Sequence record: LR756511.1
DNA length: 64,000 nt
Direction: 5' to 3' (one strand)
Made by a program: the position numbers and the translations under genes. Below, piece after piece: positions 9,953 to 19,348 of the stretch (its first letter is position 1; every line of letters begins with the position of its first letter). Under the pieces are notes generated by a model. It was not told the origin of the DNA, did not search any database, and saw only the letters and a program-made list of their open reading frames with translations.

Positions 9953-10459
9953 ATGAAACAAGTTAATTTTCCTGACGAATTAGAAAGCCCAAATGATAAA
10001 TTCTTTACCCATGCGGTTGTGGATTGGTTCCTACAAAACGCTGGCAACAAATCAGAATTTGATTGGACTGAATTAACCTTAGGCGCAACTGCAAAAGAGA
10101 AGTGTGAGGCTTTAAACAATAAGTTTATAGAAATCACAAATCTAGTCACTTCCAAAGGTGGCAAAGGCTTTTTCTGGATTATTGTTCATCCACGTATGTT
10201 TGATTTTCTTTCCAATTGGTCTACCAAATTAGTATCACCAATGATCGACCAATTCCCATTAGGATTCGATAACATTATCTTTATGGGCATTTTGGACAAG
10301 CGTTGGAGAATTTATACTGATAATCTTCTCGATCCTAATAATATGCTAATGGGAGCGGGATTCTCTAAGAAACACAACAACTATTACTGTAATATTAAAG
10401 CTAACAATTTTTACAATCCTAATGCAAAAATTGAATCACTTGATGCGCAAGCTACTTAA
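9953..10459 (+). CDS. truncated T4 gp23-like major capsid protein paralog (C-terminal/A-domain fragment)
   Basis: EFDW...EKCEAL...NLV...GKG.FWIIVHP...FMGILDKRWRIYTD parallels gp23 FDF...EKFKGL...GKGNIILCS...FAGVLQGKYRVYID. Confidence 0.55.
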   Translation: MKQVNFPDELESPNDKFFTHAVVDWFLQNAGNKSEFDWTELTLGATAKEKCEALNNKFIEITNLVTSKGGKGFFWIIVHPRMFDFLSNWSTKLVSPMIDQFPLGFDNIIFMGILDKRWRIYTDNLLDPNNMLMGAGFSKKHNNYYCNIKANNFYNPNAKIESLDAQAT

Positions 10460-10466
10460 CTCCAAT

Positions 10467-10501
10467 AAAAAAACGGCGGGTTTGTGGCCCGCCGTTTTTT
10501 T
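10467..10501. terminator. bidirectional intrinsic terminator between convergent genes
   Basis: A7-cggcggg-tttgtgg-cccgccg-T7. Confidence 0.85.
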
Positions 10502-10513
10502 ATGTACTTTTCG

Positions 10514-10903
10514 TTACTTCATCTGATACTGCGCAGGACGAGCGTTCTTGAGCCGCTTGATATCGGACTCATGGTAGATCGCCTGCTGAACCATGCTGCT
10601 GAAGTTATTCCCACGGCTAAGGGTCTTATAACCGTTGGCAAGAACCTGTTCCGCGATTTCCTTAATTGTCATCGGATTGCTATTGGCCGCAAGAATATCA
10701 CGGACGAAAGCCTTGAGGGACTTCTTTGGTTGTTCCGTCTGTTCCTCTTCCATTTGCTTATCTGTGCCAAGAAGAATCTCTAGACGGGCGCCGATGGAAT
10801 CCAGTCTTCCCTTGACTTCCTTGAATTCCTTTTGCAAGCTTTCAACCTCTTGCTGCTTGGCGGCAACAAGATTCGTTAGTTCCGAGAAACTAGGAGTGGA
10901 CAT
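10514..10903 (-). CDS. coiled-coil plus winged-helix DNA-binding protein
   Basis: N-terminal heptads, C-terminal SLKAFVRDIL..PMTIKEIAEQV wHTH. Confidence 0.65.
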   Translation of the reverse strand: MSTPSFSELTNLVAAKQQEVESLQKEFKEVKGRLDSIGARLEILLGTDKQMEEEQTEQPKKSLKAFVRDILAANSNPMTIKEIAEQVLANGYKTLSRGNNFSSMVQQAIYHESDIKRLKNARPAQYQMK

Positions 10904-10931
10904 GATAACCTCTTTCTGGTTTGGGTTAAAA

Positions 10932-10961
10932 TAAAAGCCCCACAACGTTGTGGGGCTTTTA
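10932..10961. terminator. perfect 30-bp palindrome, probable terminator
   Basis: taaaagccccacaac|gttgtggggctttta between the two wHTH genes. Confidence 0.7.
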
Positions 10962-10973
10962 CCAGTGGACTAT

Positions 10974-11405
10974 TTACGCTGCGGTTGTCTTGAGCGAGTA
11001 CTTCTTGTTCTCGCGGTCGTGATTCAACACGTCCTCTTGCTTGAGGGCATTGACAGCCTGGGAAACCACCGCCGACAGGCTCTTAGCGCCAGAATGATAT
11101 TCCTTGCGCTTAATCATACCGTCAACTTCGTGAACGATCTGCTTCACTTCCAAGCCTTCAGGGTGCTTGGCAAGGATGCTCTGAACAACGGACTTCAGAG
11201 ACGGGAAGTTCTGCTCCCCGTCACCCTTCTTACGACCAGCGCGCTTCTTCGGCGCGGTCTTTTTCTCCGTCGATTCGGGAACGGCGACAGGCGCGACAGT
11301 CGGGGCAACGCCAAACCCGAATTCCTTAGCAAGTTCGGCACGAACGCTATCCAACTCCTGCGACAGCTTATCGAACTTCTCAACCAGCGCAACGCGATTA
11401 CTCAT
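10974..11405 (-). CDS. coiled-coil, basic linker, winged-helix DNA-binding protein (similar architecture to neighbour)
   Basis: N-terminal coiled coil, KKRAGRKK linker, SLKSVVQSIL..GLEVKQIV wHTH; GGAG RBS. Confidence 0.65.
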   Translation of the reverse strand: MSNRVALVEKFDKLSQELDSVRAELAKEFGFGVAPTVAPVAVPESTEKKTAPKKRAGRKKGDGEQNFPSLKSVVQSILAKHPEGLEVKQIVHEVDGMIKRKEYHSGAKSLSAVVSQAVNALKQEDVLNHDRENKKYSLKTTAA

Positions 11406-11502
11406 CTTAACTCTCCACAAGACCCTGAGTGTTTTGAATTTATGGCGACTCATAACGCGGGTCATTCGTTAGTGTCGAGCGGCCATTCATGACTACATAC
11501 TT

Positions 11503-11530
11503 AATTTACTTCACGTTCTTAGTTTGTAAA
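11503..11530 (-). promoter_or_regulatory. phage early-type promoter TTTACA-N12-GAAG-TAAATT
   Basis: copy of the recurrent motif. Confidence 0.55.
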
Positions 11531-11614
11531 GTGGAAAGCTAAGAATTTCTTAGAATTTCCGCAACCTTACTCCACTAAAGGCATTACGGCAACACATATA
11601 TGAAAGGAGTGCCT

Positions 11615-11797
11615 ATGTTAGTGCTGAGTCGCAAGAAAGACGAAACCATCCTCATCAAGCAGCCAGGACAGAAACCCATCAAGATTACCGTCGTTAGAAT
11701 AGACAATAAGAATAAGGTCCGACTTGGCATCGAAGCCGATAAGGATGTCTCAGTCTTAAGGTCTGAACTTGAAGTAGTGAACGGACGTTTATCTTAG
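11615..11797 (+). CDS. csrA: carbon storage regulator CsrA family RNA-binding protein
   Basis: MLVLSRKKDETILI...KVRLGIEADKDVSVLRSEL; AAAGGAG RBS. Confidence 0.85.
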   Translation: MLVLSRKKDETILIKQPGQKPIKITVVRIDNKNKVRLGIEADKDVSVLRSELEVVNGRLS

Positions 11798-12769
11798 AAG
11801 GTCGCTAATTGAGCCACCTTCATCATGAATGCGGCGAATAGCCTTGGCGAATAGTTTTGTACAAGACAAAACCTTGATCTTTTTGCTATGGTCATAATGC
11901 AGACAACGAACCTTATCAATGGTGTCTGTCACCACGATATTGTTTATTTTGGCTAAATTAGAACCAACATCGCCCACGAAAAGACCGTGCGTAGCACATG
12001 CACCCCAAAAATTTCCGCCAAATTTTTCCACGGTTTCAGCCGCCTTAGCCAGCGTGGAACCACTGGAAATCATGTCATCAACAGCAATGATGATCTTTCC
12101 CTCAATGTTGTCGCTGATCGTATTGCCGTGAACCTCGCTTCCTTCCCGAATCTTATCCATGTGAACGAGTGGAATCTTCTTAGCTAGCTTTGCTGCCAAG
12201 GACTTACGGAAACGGTCGGCGCGCCCAGCCCCACCACTATCAGGTGCAAGTACGGCTATTTCCTCTTGCTGATTTCGTAAACATATGGCCACTTCATCTA
12301 CGATTAGGTTCTTAGCTTCTAGATGGTCTGTAGGGATTCTAATGGAATTCTGGAAAACGGCAAGGCTATGCACATCCATGCTGAGAACACGATCCGCCCC
12401 TGCTGCTTCCAGCATCATCGCCACATACTTCGTGGTGATAGAAGCTCGGCTTTCCGTCTTTCTATCTTGTCTTTGATAGCCGAAGTAGGGAATTACTGCC
12501 GTCACTCGTTCCGCAGACGCATCTTTTAACGAACCGATAAAATAGAGAAGCTTGATAAACTTGTCATTCACGCTCTCATGTTCATCCGTATAGAGAGACT
12601 GAATCACGTAGACATCACAGCCACGAACGTTTTCATCCGCCCGAACGTACGGCTCGCGGTCAGGAAAATACTTCTCAACGTGCCTGTTCAAATTTATATC
12701 TAAGCTCTCAGCCACACTCTCAGCAAATTTATGCGTCCCGTTCAGGCCGAATATTCTTAGACTTTTCAT
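11789..12769 (-). CDS. prs: ribose-phosphate pyrophosphokinase
   Basis: FPDREPYV, VIPYFGYQRQDRK, DVHS, APDSGG, VDDMISSGSTL. Confidence 0.95.
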   Translation of the reverse strand: MKSLRIFGLNGTHKFAESVAESLDINLNRHVEKYFPDREPYVRADENVRGCDVYVIQSLYTDEHESVNDKFIKLLYFIGSLKDASAERVTAVIPYFGYQRQDRKTESRASITTKYVAMMLEAAGADRVLSMDVHSLAVFQNSIRIPTDHLEAKNLIVDEVAICLRNQQEEIAVLAPDSGGAGRADRFRKSLAAKLAKKIPLVHMDKIREGSEVHGNTISDNIEGKIIIAVDDMISSGSTLAKAAETVEKFGGNFWGACATHGLFVGDVGSNLAKINNIVVTDTIDKVRCLHYDHSKKIKVLSCTKLFAKAIRRIHDEGGSISDLLR

Positions 12770-12917
12770 TCTTATTCTCCCATTGCTTAAATGACCATTC
12801 CCCCCAAATTGCTCCAATCTCATCCACGACTGGAATGTTAGCCAAAAGCATGAGCAATCCAAATGGGGTACACAACATTATAACAAAGAACGGAATTGAC
12901 AGTATCTTTCCTAACAT
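12729..12917 (-). CDS. small membrane protein
   Basis: hydrophobic 62 aa ORF overlapping the folD stop. Confidence 0.4.
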   Translation of the reverse strand: MLGKILSIPFFVIMLCTPFGLLMLLANIPVVDEIGAIWGEWSFKQWENKNEKSKNIRPERDA

Positions 12918-13750
12918 TGTAACCTCGCTGCTTCAACAGTATTATACATAAGCATACTTACGGTAACTGGACCTACGCCACCAGGAACAGGCGTAATATA
13001 CTTAACCTTTTCCTTAACAAACGGATGCACGTCACCTACAATCTTTCCTTCTACATCATTAATTCCAACATCAATAATAACATGCTGTTCTGTTGTCATA
13101 TCAGCCGTAAGGAAATTAGGAATACCTACTGCAACTACAATTATGTCAGAATGTAGACACAATTCTTTTAATTGGGCCGCTGGTGTCTGATCGTGGCAGA
13201 CAGTAACCGTAGAATTAGCATATTCCGCATCGTCTTGAATTAACATAGACGATAAAGGCTTGCCTACAATGATACTTCTGTTGATTACAACGACATGCTT
13301 TCCAGGCAATGTAGTTACGTATTTAATCAGCCTGCGAACAGCATGAGGTGTGGGTGGCAGGAATCTTGCGCGATTTTGTACTAATAGACCAACATTTACT
13401 GGATTCAGCACATCCACATCTTTCAGTGGGTCTATTAGATCAAAGATGAGAGTGGCGTTATAATCTTTTGGCAGGGGTAACTGAACTAGTATTCCATTAC
13501 ACTCTTTAAGCTGATTCAGTTGACATATCGTGTCTACAGTTTCCGCTTCGGAGCGGGGACGGTGTAAGACAGATTTGATGCCCAATTCCTCGCATAACTT
13601 TTGCTTGTTTCTAACATACACTTCGCTTCGTGGATCATTGCCTACCAGTAACACGTCTAGTCGTGGGTCACACTTGATTTCCGAAAGCTTTTTCGCAATT
13701 TCATAATTTGACGCACAAGCAATAATCTTACCACTAATTATTTCCGCCAT
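12911..13750 (-). CDS. folD: bifunctional methylenetetrahydrofolate dehydrogenase/cyclohydrolase
   Basis: YVRNKQK, GILVQLPLP, KDVD, PPTPHAV, RSIIVGKP, DVGIN, TPVPGGVGP. Confidence 0.95.
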   Translation of the reverse strand: MAEIISGKIIACASNYEIAKKLSEIKCDPRLDVLLVGNDPRSEVYVRNKQKLCEELGIKSVLHRPRSEAETVDTICQLNQLKECNGILVQLPLPKDYNATLIFDLIDPLKDVDVLNPVNVGLLVQNRARFLPPTPHAVRRLIKYVTTLPGKHVVVINRSIIVGKPLSSMLIQDDAEYANSTVTVCHDQTPAAQLKELCLHSDIIVVAVGIPNFLTADMTTEQHVIIDVGINDVEGKIVGDVHPFVKEKVKYITPVPGGVGPVTVSMLMYNTVEAARLQC

Positions 13751-14235
13751 TAATCCTCCCACGCCACATGGCTAATTTCATCGAATCCTTCTTCCAACGT
13801 GGGTTCAGCATACACTTTATCATGTGCTTTTGCAACATTCGCCCAATATTCGTAGGTGTGCCCACGATTGTCACTATTGTAACGTCGCATAGCATGAGTT
13901 CCTGGTGTATCCTTATGGAAAACAACCGCCTTGCATGGTACGTCAAAACTTTTGGCGAGAGCGATCCATCGCTGTCGGCCTTTGGCACTTACATTAAGGC
14001 CACGATCTACTAATACGGTTCGCCCCATACAAAGACCTAGACTTACAATACTGTTTTCCAAAGACTTATACAGTATTTTCAATTTCTCGTCGTAGAGCGT
14101 GTAAAGGTCAGCATGTAATAAATTGACGATTGCATCATCGTTCATTATTAATGCGCCAGATTTAGCCGCTTTGCGGCAGTAGGTTGATTTGCCACTGGCA
14201 ATCATACCAACAAGAACATGAATTTCAGGTTTCAT
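13750..14235 (-). CDS. AAA_33 / polynucleotide-kinase-like P-loop kinase
   Basis: LVGMIASGKST, NDD, VLVD..N....R. Confidence 0.8.
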   Translation of the reverse strand: MKPEIHVLVGMIASGKSTYCRKAAKSGALIMNDDAIVNLLHADLYTLYDEKLKILYKSLENSIVSLGLCMGRTVLVDRGLNVSAKGRQRWIALAKSFDVPCKAVVFHKDTPGTHAMRRYNSDNRGHTYEYWANVAKAHDKVYAEPTLEEGFDEISHVAWED

Positions 14236-14266
14236 GTTGGCATTGTAATTACATTGGAAATAAAAA

Positions 14267-14551
14267 TCAATCTATTCCCAGGTCTTTTAGTGCCTTTTGG
14301 AATTCTTCGACACTGTAACAACTGTCATTGATGAACGAATATACCAAGATGGCTTCATGTTCCGCCAATTTAGTATCGGAAATCAATTGGTCGATCCCAT
14401 GATATCTGTTCTTTTTTACAAGCCAAGATGCGGACATGAGTTTATTAAATGTGCTGCTCTCGAAAACTCGATGGCAATGAAGGCAACTGGCCAATCCGTT
14501 GAATAAAGTTTCAGGAATTTCAGTGCCACAGTGAGGACAAACTAAAATCAT
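14267..14551 (-). CDS. zinc-ribbon hypothetical protein
   Basis: CPHC...CLHC. Confidence 0.55.
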   Translation of the reverse strand: MILVCPHCGTEIPETLFNGLASCLHCHRVFESSTFNKLMSASWLVKKNRYHGIDQLISDTKLAEHEAILVYSFINDSCYSVEEFQKALKDLGID

Positions 14552-14569
14552 ATAATTAGAATATACTCC

Positions 14570-15013
14570 TTATTCGTATTTAAGGTCAGTTATAGCAAGG
14601 TCGGCATCATGCTTGTAAGCAATGCCAGCAATCGGTCTTGCGGTCTTAATTACCGTCTCTGCTTGCAAATGAGTTAATCCTAAAGCTCGCAAGATCGCAT
14701 ATGCAGTAGATGGCCCACGATTAACGCCAGCCGCACAATGAGCATATACCTTGTTGGTAGGCTGCATTAATCCAGCAAGTGCAAATTCAATTGATTTCTT
14801 AAACCACGATGTAGGCTTTGGTTGACCGTCATCGTTTACCCCATTAAACAAGTAAGTGATTTGTGGATAGTTCTTTAATAATGGGGCGTCATCGAATTCC
14901 GCCCTACAGTCGATAATATGTGTAACGCCAGCATCAATTAACTTCTTAACATCCGCGTCTGTGAATATTCCAGCACCAGTTGCAACCCTATTGGTTACGA
15001 AATTGAAATCCAT
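14570..15013 (-). CDS. dual-specificity protein phosphatase
   Basis: HCAAGVNRGPS CX5R loop; start MDFNFV lies downstream of a terminator and a TACATA box. Confidence 0.9.
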   Translation of the reverse strand: MDFNFVTNRVATGAGIFTDADVKKLIDAGVTHIIDCRAEFDDAPLLKNYPQITYLFNGVNDDGQPKPTSWFKKSIEFALAGLMQPTNKVYAHCAAGVNRGPSTAYAILRALGLTHLQAETVIKTARPIAGIAYKHDADLAITDLKYE

Positions 15014-15036
15014 GCAATATGTATGCATATCAAAAC

Positions 15037-15066
15037 AAAAAGACGCGCCGTTAAGCGCGTCTTTTT
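15037..15066 (-). terminator. intrinsic terminator after the ParB-like gene
   Basis: aaaaagacgcgc-cgttaa-gcgcgtcttttt. Confidence 0.8.
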
Positions 15067-15093
15067 GCCACATCAACTTTAACCCACCAAGGG

Positions 15094-16350
15094 TTACTTC
15101 AACTTCGCTAGCACTTCCTCAATGTCATCGACGCCATCCAGAATGCACTGGTAGGCAACCTTGAGGGTCGTCAGGACTATAATCTCGGCCTTGCTGGTGT
15201 CGTTCTTCTCAATCATGTCCTGAACAGCTTCCAGCTTCTTCTTAATCTTCGGCGCTCTCAAGGCGTTGCTAAGGGCACCTCCAGACGCACGCCGCAGACC
15301 CTTACCCTTAACCATCGGTTTCGCGGAAGCCGCCTTCGTTTCCTTCCGCCTCTTCGTCTTTTCACTAGCGTCTACAGCGGCTTTTTCAAGTTCAGCGATA
15401 GTTTCAGGGGATGCCCCATTCAGGCGTGCCTCTTCGACTTCCGCTTCCGCCAACTCTTCATCGGCAACTGCCCGATCAAGAGCCTTTTCCGTCTTAGCCT
15501 GGAGCCGTTCGTGCTGTTCAACAGCATCTTTCCAGGCATCCTTAAGCCAGCGCTGACGAGTCTTTTCGTCTTTAATCTTGACCAAATCAAGAGCAACCTT
15601 GCGATTGATCTTGCCCTGGAGCAAGAAACTAAAGCAGAATTCGTCCAACTCATTCAGGCTATAAGTCTCGGCAAGCCACTGCTTGCTCTTATTTAAGAGC
15701 TTGCAGATTTCGTCATCCTTCTTGCCGTTATCATAGAGAACCTTAACGAGTCTTGCTTGCGCTCCGTCGCCCCACTTGACGGCGGTTTCACTGACGGCGC
15801 AAGCCCGTTGAAACGCTTCCTCTTCCGTCATCGGAGTGACGCGGCAAAGAACCCTTGCATAAACTTCGCGGGCGGGCATGAAGGCATTATCTTTTGCGCT
15901 CCATACCTTTTCGTTCTTCTCGATCAGACGATTGATACAGCGCCAACGACGTTCGCCGTCATTAACGCGGACCTTAATCTTATTCTCGGTACCTTCAACT
16001 GTCTTGCCGTCTTTATCTTTATCGGCGGCAATAACCCAATATCCCAGGAGCGGATACTGCTGACCGTGCTTGGCGATGTCAGTCAGCAATTCATTCATGC
16101 TTTCTTTGTCAAATCCTTGACCGAGAAAGCGTTCGATCTTATTGTCGTCACGCTCGACTTCGAAATTCCCCAAGTGGCGGGGGTTAAAGAATTGAAAACC
16201 CTCGCTGACCTTTACGTTAATGTCGTCAGCGACTTGAGTAAGGTTCCAATCGACCGCATACAAACCATCATCACCAAGCGGCTCGATACCATCGGGAAGG
16301 TCATACTCCTTATCCCCAATGATAGCCTTCTTTTTACTTTGTTCGTCCAT
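15094..16350 (-). CDS. ParB/Srx-domain protein with HTH and coiled coil
   Basis: LLTDIAKHGQQYPL, NDGERRWRC, HTH DDEICKLLNKSKQWL. Confidence 0.75.
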   Translation of the reverse strand: MDEQSKKKAIIGDKEYDLPDGIEPLGDDGLYAVDWNLTQVADDINVKVSEGFQFFNPRHLGNFEVERDDNKIERFLGQGFDKESMNELLTDIAKHGQQYPLLGYWVIAADKDKDGKTVEGTENKIKVRVNDGERRWRCINRLIEKNEKVWSAKDNAFMPAREVYARVLCRVTPMTEEEAFQRACAVSETAVKWGDGAQARLVKVLYDNGKKDDEICKLLNKSKQWLAETYSLNELDEFCFSFLLQGKINRKVALDLVKIKDEKTRQRWLKDAWKDAVEQHERLQAKTEKALDRAVADEELAEAEVEEARLNGASPETIAELEKAAVDASEKTKRRKETKAASAKPMVKGKGLRRASGGALSNALRAPKIKKKLEAVQDMIEKNDTSKAEIIVLTTLKVAYQCILDGVDDIEEVLAKLK

Positions 16351-16370
16351 TGAAACTTTCTCCTTTTGAA

Positions 16371-17006
16371 CTAGAAGTGATAATTATTGTGAGGACGGCG
16401 ACAACGAATGAGCCAAGAAACTTCATATTCCTTTTGGCCAAAGTTGTCAATCACAGAATTTTTCTTCCTTAAAACTAAGCCTTCTACTTCGTCACCATAG
16501 TCTTTAACAAACTCGTCCTTGAAATTTGTATAAAAGGTTGGAGCCATTAAAAGATTGTCAGAGATTTGATAACCCATCCCACGCCAAGGATCAAGCTTCG
16601 TTGGTCGCCCACAAATATCCTCTAGTATCTTAAGACGTTCAACTTGGTTATACTTTAGGAACAGGTATTCCTTATAATGGAGAACGTCGAAAAGCACAAT
16701 TTTGCCTTTCGTGTCTTCCGCCGTCGTCTTCATCAGGAGTTCACCATCTAACCAAATTTCCACCCCTTGTGGCAAGCCTGGAAGTGCCAGAATTTCATTT
16801 TGGATCGCAAGTGGCATTGAATAATTGAGATGCGCTCTACCGTGACGGCTGAAAATTTCAACCCGCCTTTCAGGAGAGACGTGGATCACACTACGGGAGC
16901 CATTGTATTTTGGCTGAGCGCAAAACACCCCAAGCGAATCGTAGTGTTCAAGATCATTTGGCGGCACAGCGCCCTTCGGACGTGGTGGATAGATAGGAGT
17001 AGTCAT
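16371..17006 (-). CDS. ATP-dependent ligase adenylation domain only (RNA/DNA ligase or capping-type nucleotidyltransferase)
   Basis: motif I QPKYNG, III WLDGEL, IIIa VLFDVL, IV EGLVLR; no OB domain. Confidence 0.75.
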   Translation of the reverse strand: MTTPIYPPRPKGAVPPNDLEHYDSLGVFCAQPKYNGSRSVIHVSPERRVEIFSRHGRAHLNYSMPLAIQNEILALPGLPQGVEIWLDGELLMKTTAEDTKGKIVLFDVLHYKEYLFLKYNQVERLKILEDICGRPTKLDPWRGMGYQISDNLLMAPTFYTNFKDEFVKDYGDEVEGLVLRKKNSVIDNFGQKEYEVSWLIRCRRPHNNYHF

Positions 17007-17095
17007 TTTAGGCTAAACTGAACGATTGTTGATGTTGGTTGCCTTCATCAACATACCACGAAAACGACCAATGGTAAAAACTTTGTACAGCTTAC

Positions 17096-17323
17096 CTAGT
17101 TTACCTTCACTCCATCTTGAATTTCAATTTGCGCGGTCCCTCGCGTCTTGACCGCTATATTAATGATTTGCTGCTTCTGAAAATAGCTTTTTGCGATGCC
17201 CAGCACTTTAATAATCCCGTTCGTACACTCCACTTTAACCCTTAGTCCTCTCGTATGACTGTTCTCTCTAATCTTCTGCTCTAAATCCTCTGCGAGCTTA
17301 GAAAACAACTTTGTTTTCTTCAT
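17096..17323 (-). CDS. BON-domain-like small protein
   Basis: LRVKVECTNGIIKVLGIAKSYFQKQQ. Confidence 0.55.
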   Translation of the reverse strand: MKKTKLFSKLAEDLEQKIRENSHTRGLRVKVECTNGIIKVLGIAKSYFQKQQIINIAVKTRGTAQIEIQDGVKVN

Positions 17324-17598
17324 TAGTGGCTTCCTGTGTCCCTGGAGTGAACTTCATGGTAAAGGGCGTTTTCTAGCTTTTTGATTTTTGCATACTGTTC
17401 TTTTAAAACCTCAAGCCCGATTTCACTTTTTGCTAAACGAGCAAGTAAACGAGCATAGGAGTTCATAACCACATGACTTTTTCTATATAAGTGCGGACTA
17501 TGAGATGTAAGCTCGCTGAGAAACTCGCCATGTTCGTCGTATTTGGAGCTAATCTCATCATATATCTTGCTAAACAATTCTTCAAATTCTTTCTTCAT
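17323..17598 (-). CDS. hypothetical protein
   Basis: coupled helical ORF. Confidence 0.5.
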   Translation of the reverse strand: MKKEFEELFSKIYDEISSKYDEHGEFLSELTSHSPHLYRKSHVVMNSYARLLARLAKSEIGLEVLKEQYAKIKKLENALYHEVHSRDTGSH

Positions 17599-18409
17599 GC
17601 TTCCTTTGCCTTTTACTTCTATGAAATAACCTAAGCGGATTGTCGAAACTCTTAATCGGATGCATTATAGAGGCATGTAGGAAATAATCTTCGCTTAGGG
17701 TCAATTCAGGACGAAACCGAATTGGATACCTAGTATGATTCCCAGCCCAAATGCATAATTCTTTGTTATAAACGGCAAACTGATGGATGCCGCCGCCGAA
17801 GTGCTTTACCATAGTGGGCAAAGCATGTTCTGTCAAGTCCCAAGCCTCAAAATATGGAAAAAAACCTTGCTGAAATCCATTAGTGTAATAAAGAAACCTT
17901 TCGAGAATTTCGTTTTCCAAAAGAACCTTGATAAAATCACGATGATAAAACAAACAGGCGCCAAGCATATAGACTTTTTCCCCGAACTTCTCCTTCGCTA
18001 TGGTTTCAAGATACCGCAAATTCACATTTTGATTTGTGCGATAGTCATTTCCAGCGAGCCAAACCCCATTCTTTTCTAGTTCCTTAAGATCACTTTTATA
18101 AGCTGAAGATGTGACCAGGACATCATACTCCAGATAGCAAAACCAATCGGTATCCGCGATCCATTTCTGCCCCGCTGTTAAAAGGCCAAGCACTATATTT
18201 CTGTAAGGTGAACGGTGCCAATTGTGATTAAACCCTTTCAGTTTATAAGCTGGAATGGCTAACTCTTCGTATTGATTCCATGCTACACCGTCTACTACTA
18301 CCATAATTCTGTCGGTCATATAATGACGAATGGAATCAATTGTGTCTAATGTCTCATTCGGCACGCCATGTGTATTCAAAATTGCTGTAATTTTCATCTT
18401 ATCACTCAT
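17582..18409 (-). CDS. glycosyltransferase-like protein (GT-A fold candidate)
   Basis: TAILNTH...IMVVVDG...YLEYDVL. Confidence 0.5.
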   Translation of the reverse strand: MSDKMKITAILNTHGVPNETLDTIDSIRHYMTDRIMVVVDGVAWNQYEELAIPAYKLKGFNHNWHRSPYRNIVLGLLTAGQKWIADTDWFCYLEYDVLVTSSAYKSDLKELEKNGVWLAGNDYRTNQNVNLRYLETIAKEKFGEKVYMLGACLFYHRDFIKVLLENEILERFLYYTNGFQQGFFPYFEAWDLTEHALPTMVKHFGGGIHQFAVYNKELCIWAGNHTRYPIRFRPELTLSEDYFLHASIMHPIKSFDNPLRLFHRSKRQRKHEERI

Positions 18410-18416
18410 ATAAATA
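18409..18416 (+). promoter_or_regulatory. T4-type late promoter TATAAATA
   Basis: exact T4 late -10 consensus 16 nt upstream of the plus-strand operon starting at 18433. Confidence 0.55.
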
Positions 18417-18432
18417 AGTAAAAGGGGATAAA

Positions 18433-19347
18433 ATGACAGTCGATGAAAGATTAGATGCGCTTGAACGTACAATTGAGCAACAGCAGAAAGAAATTCAAGA
18501 AATTAGGTCAAGTTTAGCTCTAAAAATAGCTCCTTCCATACCTCCGCAAGAATTGGTCGATTTGTTAAATTCAAATGACTGGCCTACAGCAGTTGATCCG
18601 TCTCTTATATGTGACGCTAATTCGGACCAGGACAAGGAAGATCGAGCAGAAGGTATTTTGGACTTAATCATTGACGTTCATTTAGAAAATCTCAAGTTCC
18701 TAGATTTTGGTTGCGGCGAAGGTCATGTGGTCAATAGATCGAGAACGCAAAAGCCGAAAATATCGGTTGGCTATGACGTGCAAGAGTTCGATAAATGGAA
18801 ATCATGGGAGAAAGATGATGCAGCAATTTATACAACCAATTGGGATGAAGTAAAAACACTAGCTCCATATAATGTGGTCTTAGTTTACGATGTGATAGAT
18901 CACATGACATGCTCCTATGAAAAGCTTGTCGAACGGCTTAAGACAATAAAAGAAATGCTTGCTACAAACGGGAAAGTCTTCGTGCGCTGTCATCCGTGGT
19001 GTTCAAGGCATGGCACACACTTGTATCAAAAGTTGAACAAGGCATATGTGCATATGGTATTTTCGGACCACGAACTAGAGAAACTAGGTTACATCCAAGA
19101 AAAAACTCGTAAGGTCATTCATCCTCTTCATGAGTATGGCCAGTTATTCGCGGCGGCAGGATTGAAGATTGTAAGTGGGCCATTTCAGGTAATAGAAAAA
19201 CCTGAACCTTTCTTCTCCAACAATCCGTTAATTGCTGCAAGAATCAAAGCTAAGTACAATAATTCGCATTGGGAAACCTTAAAAAGCGGTAAGGAATTTC
19301 CAGTCTTTCCTATGGAAAATCAATTTGTCGATTATGTATTAATGTAA
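18433..19347 (+). CDS. class I SAM-dependent methyltransferase with N-terminal coiled coil
   Basis: FLDFGCGEG, VGYDV, YDVIDH. Confidence 0.8.
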   Translation: MTVDERLDALERTIEQQQKEIQEIRSSLALKIAPSIPPQELVDLLNSNDWPTAVDPSLICDANSDQDKEDRAEGILDLIIDVHLENLKFLDFGCGEGHVVNRSRTQKPKISVGYDVQEFDKWKSWEKDDAAIYTTNWDEVKTLAPYNVVLVYDVIDHMTCSYEKLVERLKTIKEMLATNGKVFVRCHPWCSRHGTHLYQKLNKAYVHMVFSDHELEKLGYIQEKTRKVIHPLHEYGQLFAAAGLKIVSGPFQVIEKPEPFFSNNPLIAARIKAKYNNSHWETLKSGKEFPVFPMENQFVDYVLM

Positions 19348-19348
19348 T

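Noticed and set aside
10950-11492. 180-aa plus-strand ORF, and the 198-aa ORF at 15757..16353
   Set aside because: Antisense to well-supported genes; open frames are explained by codon bias of these GC-richer genes
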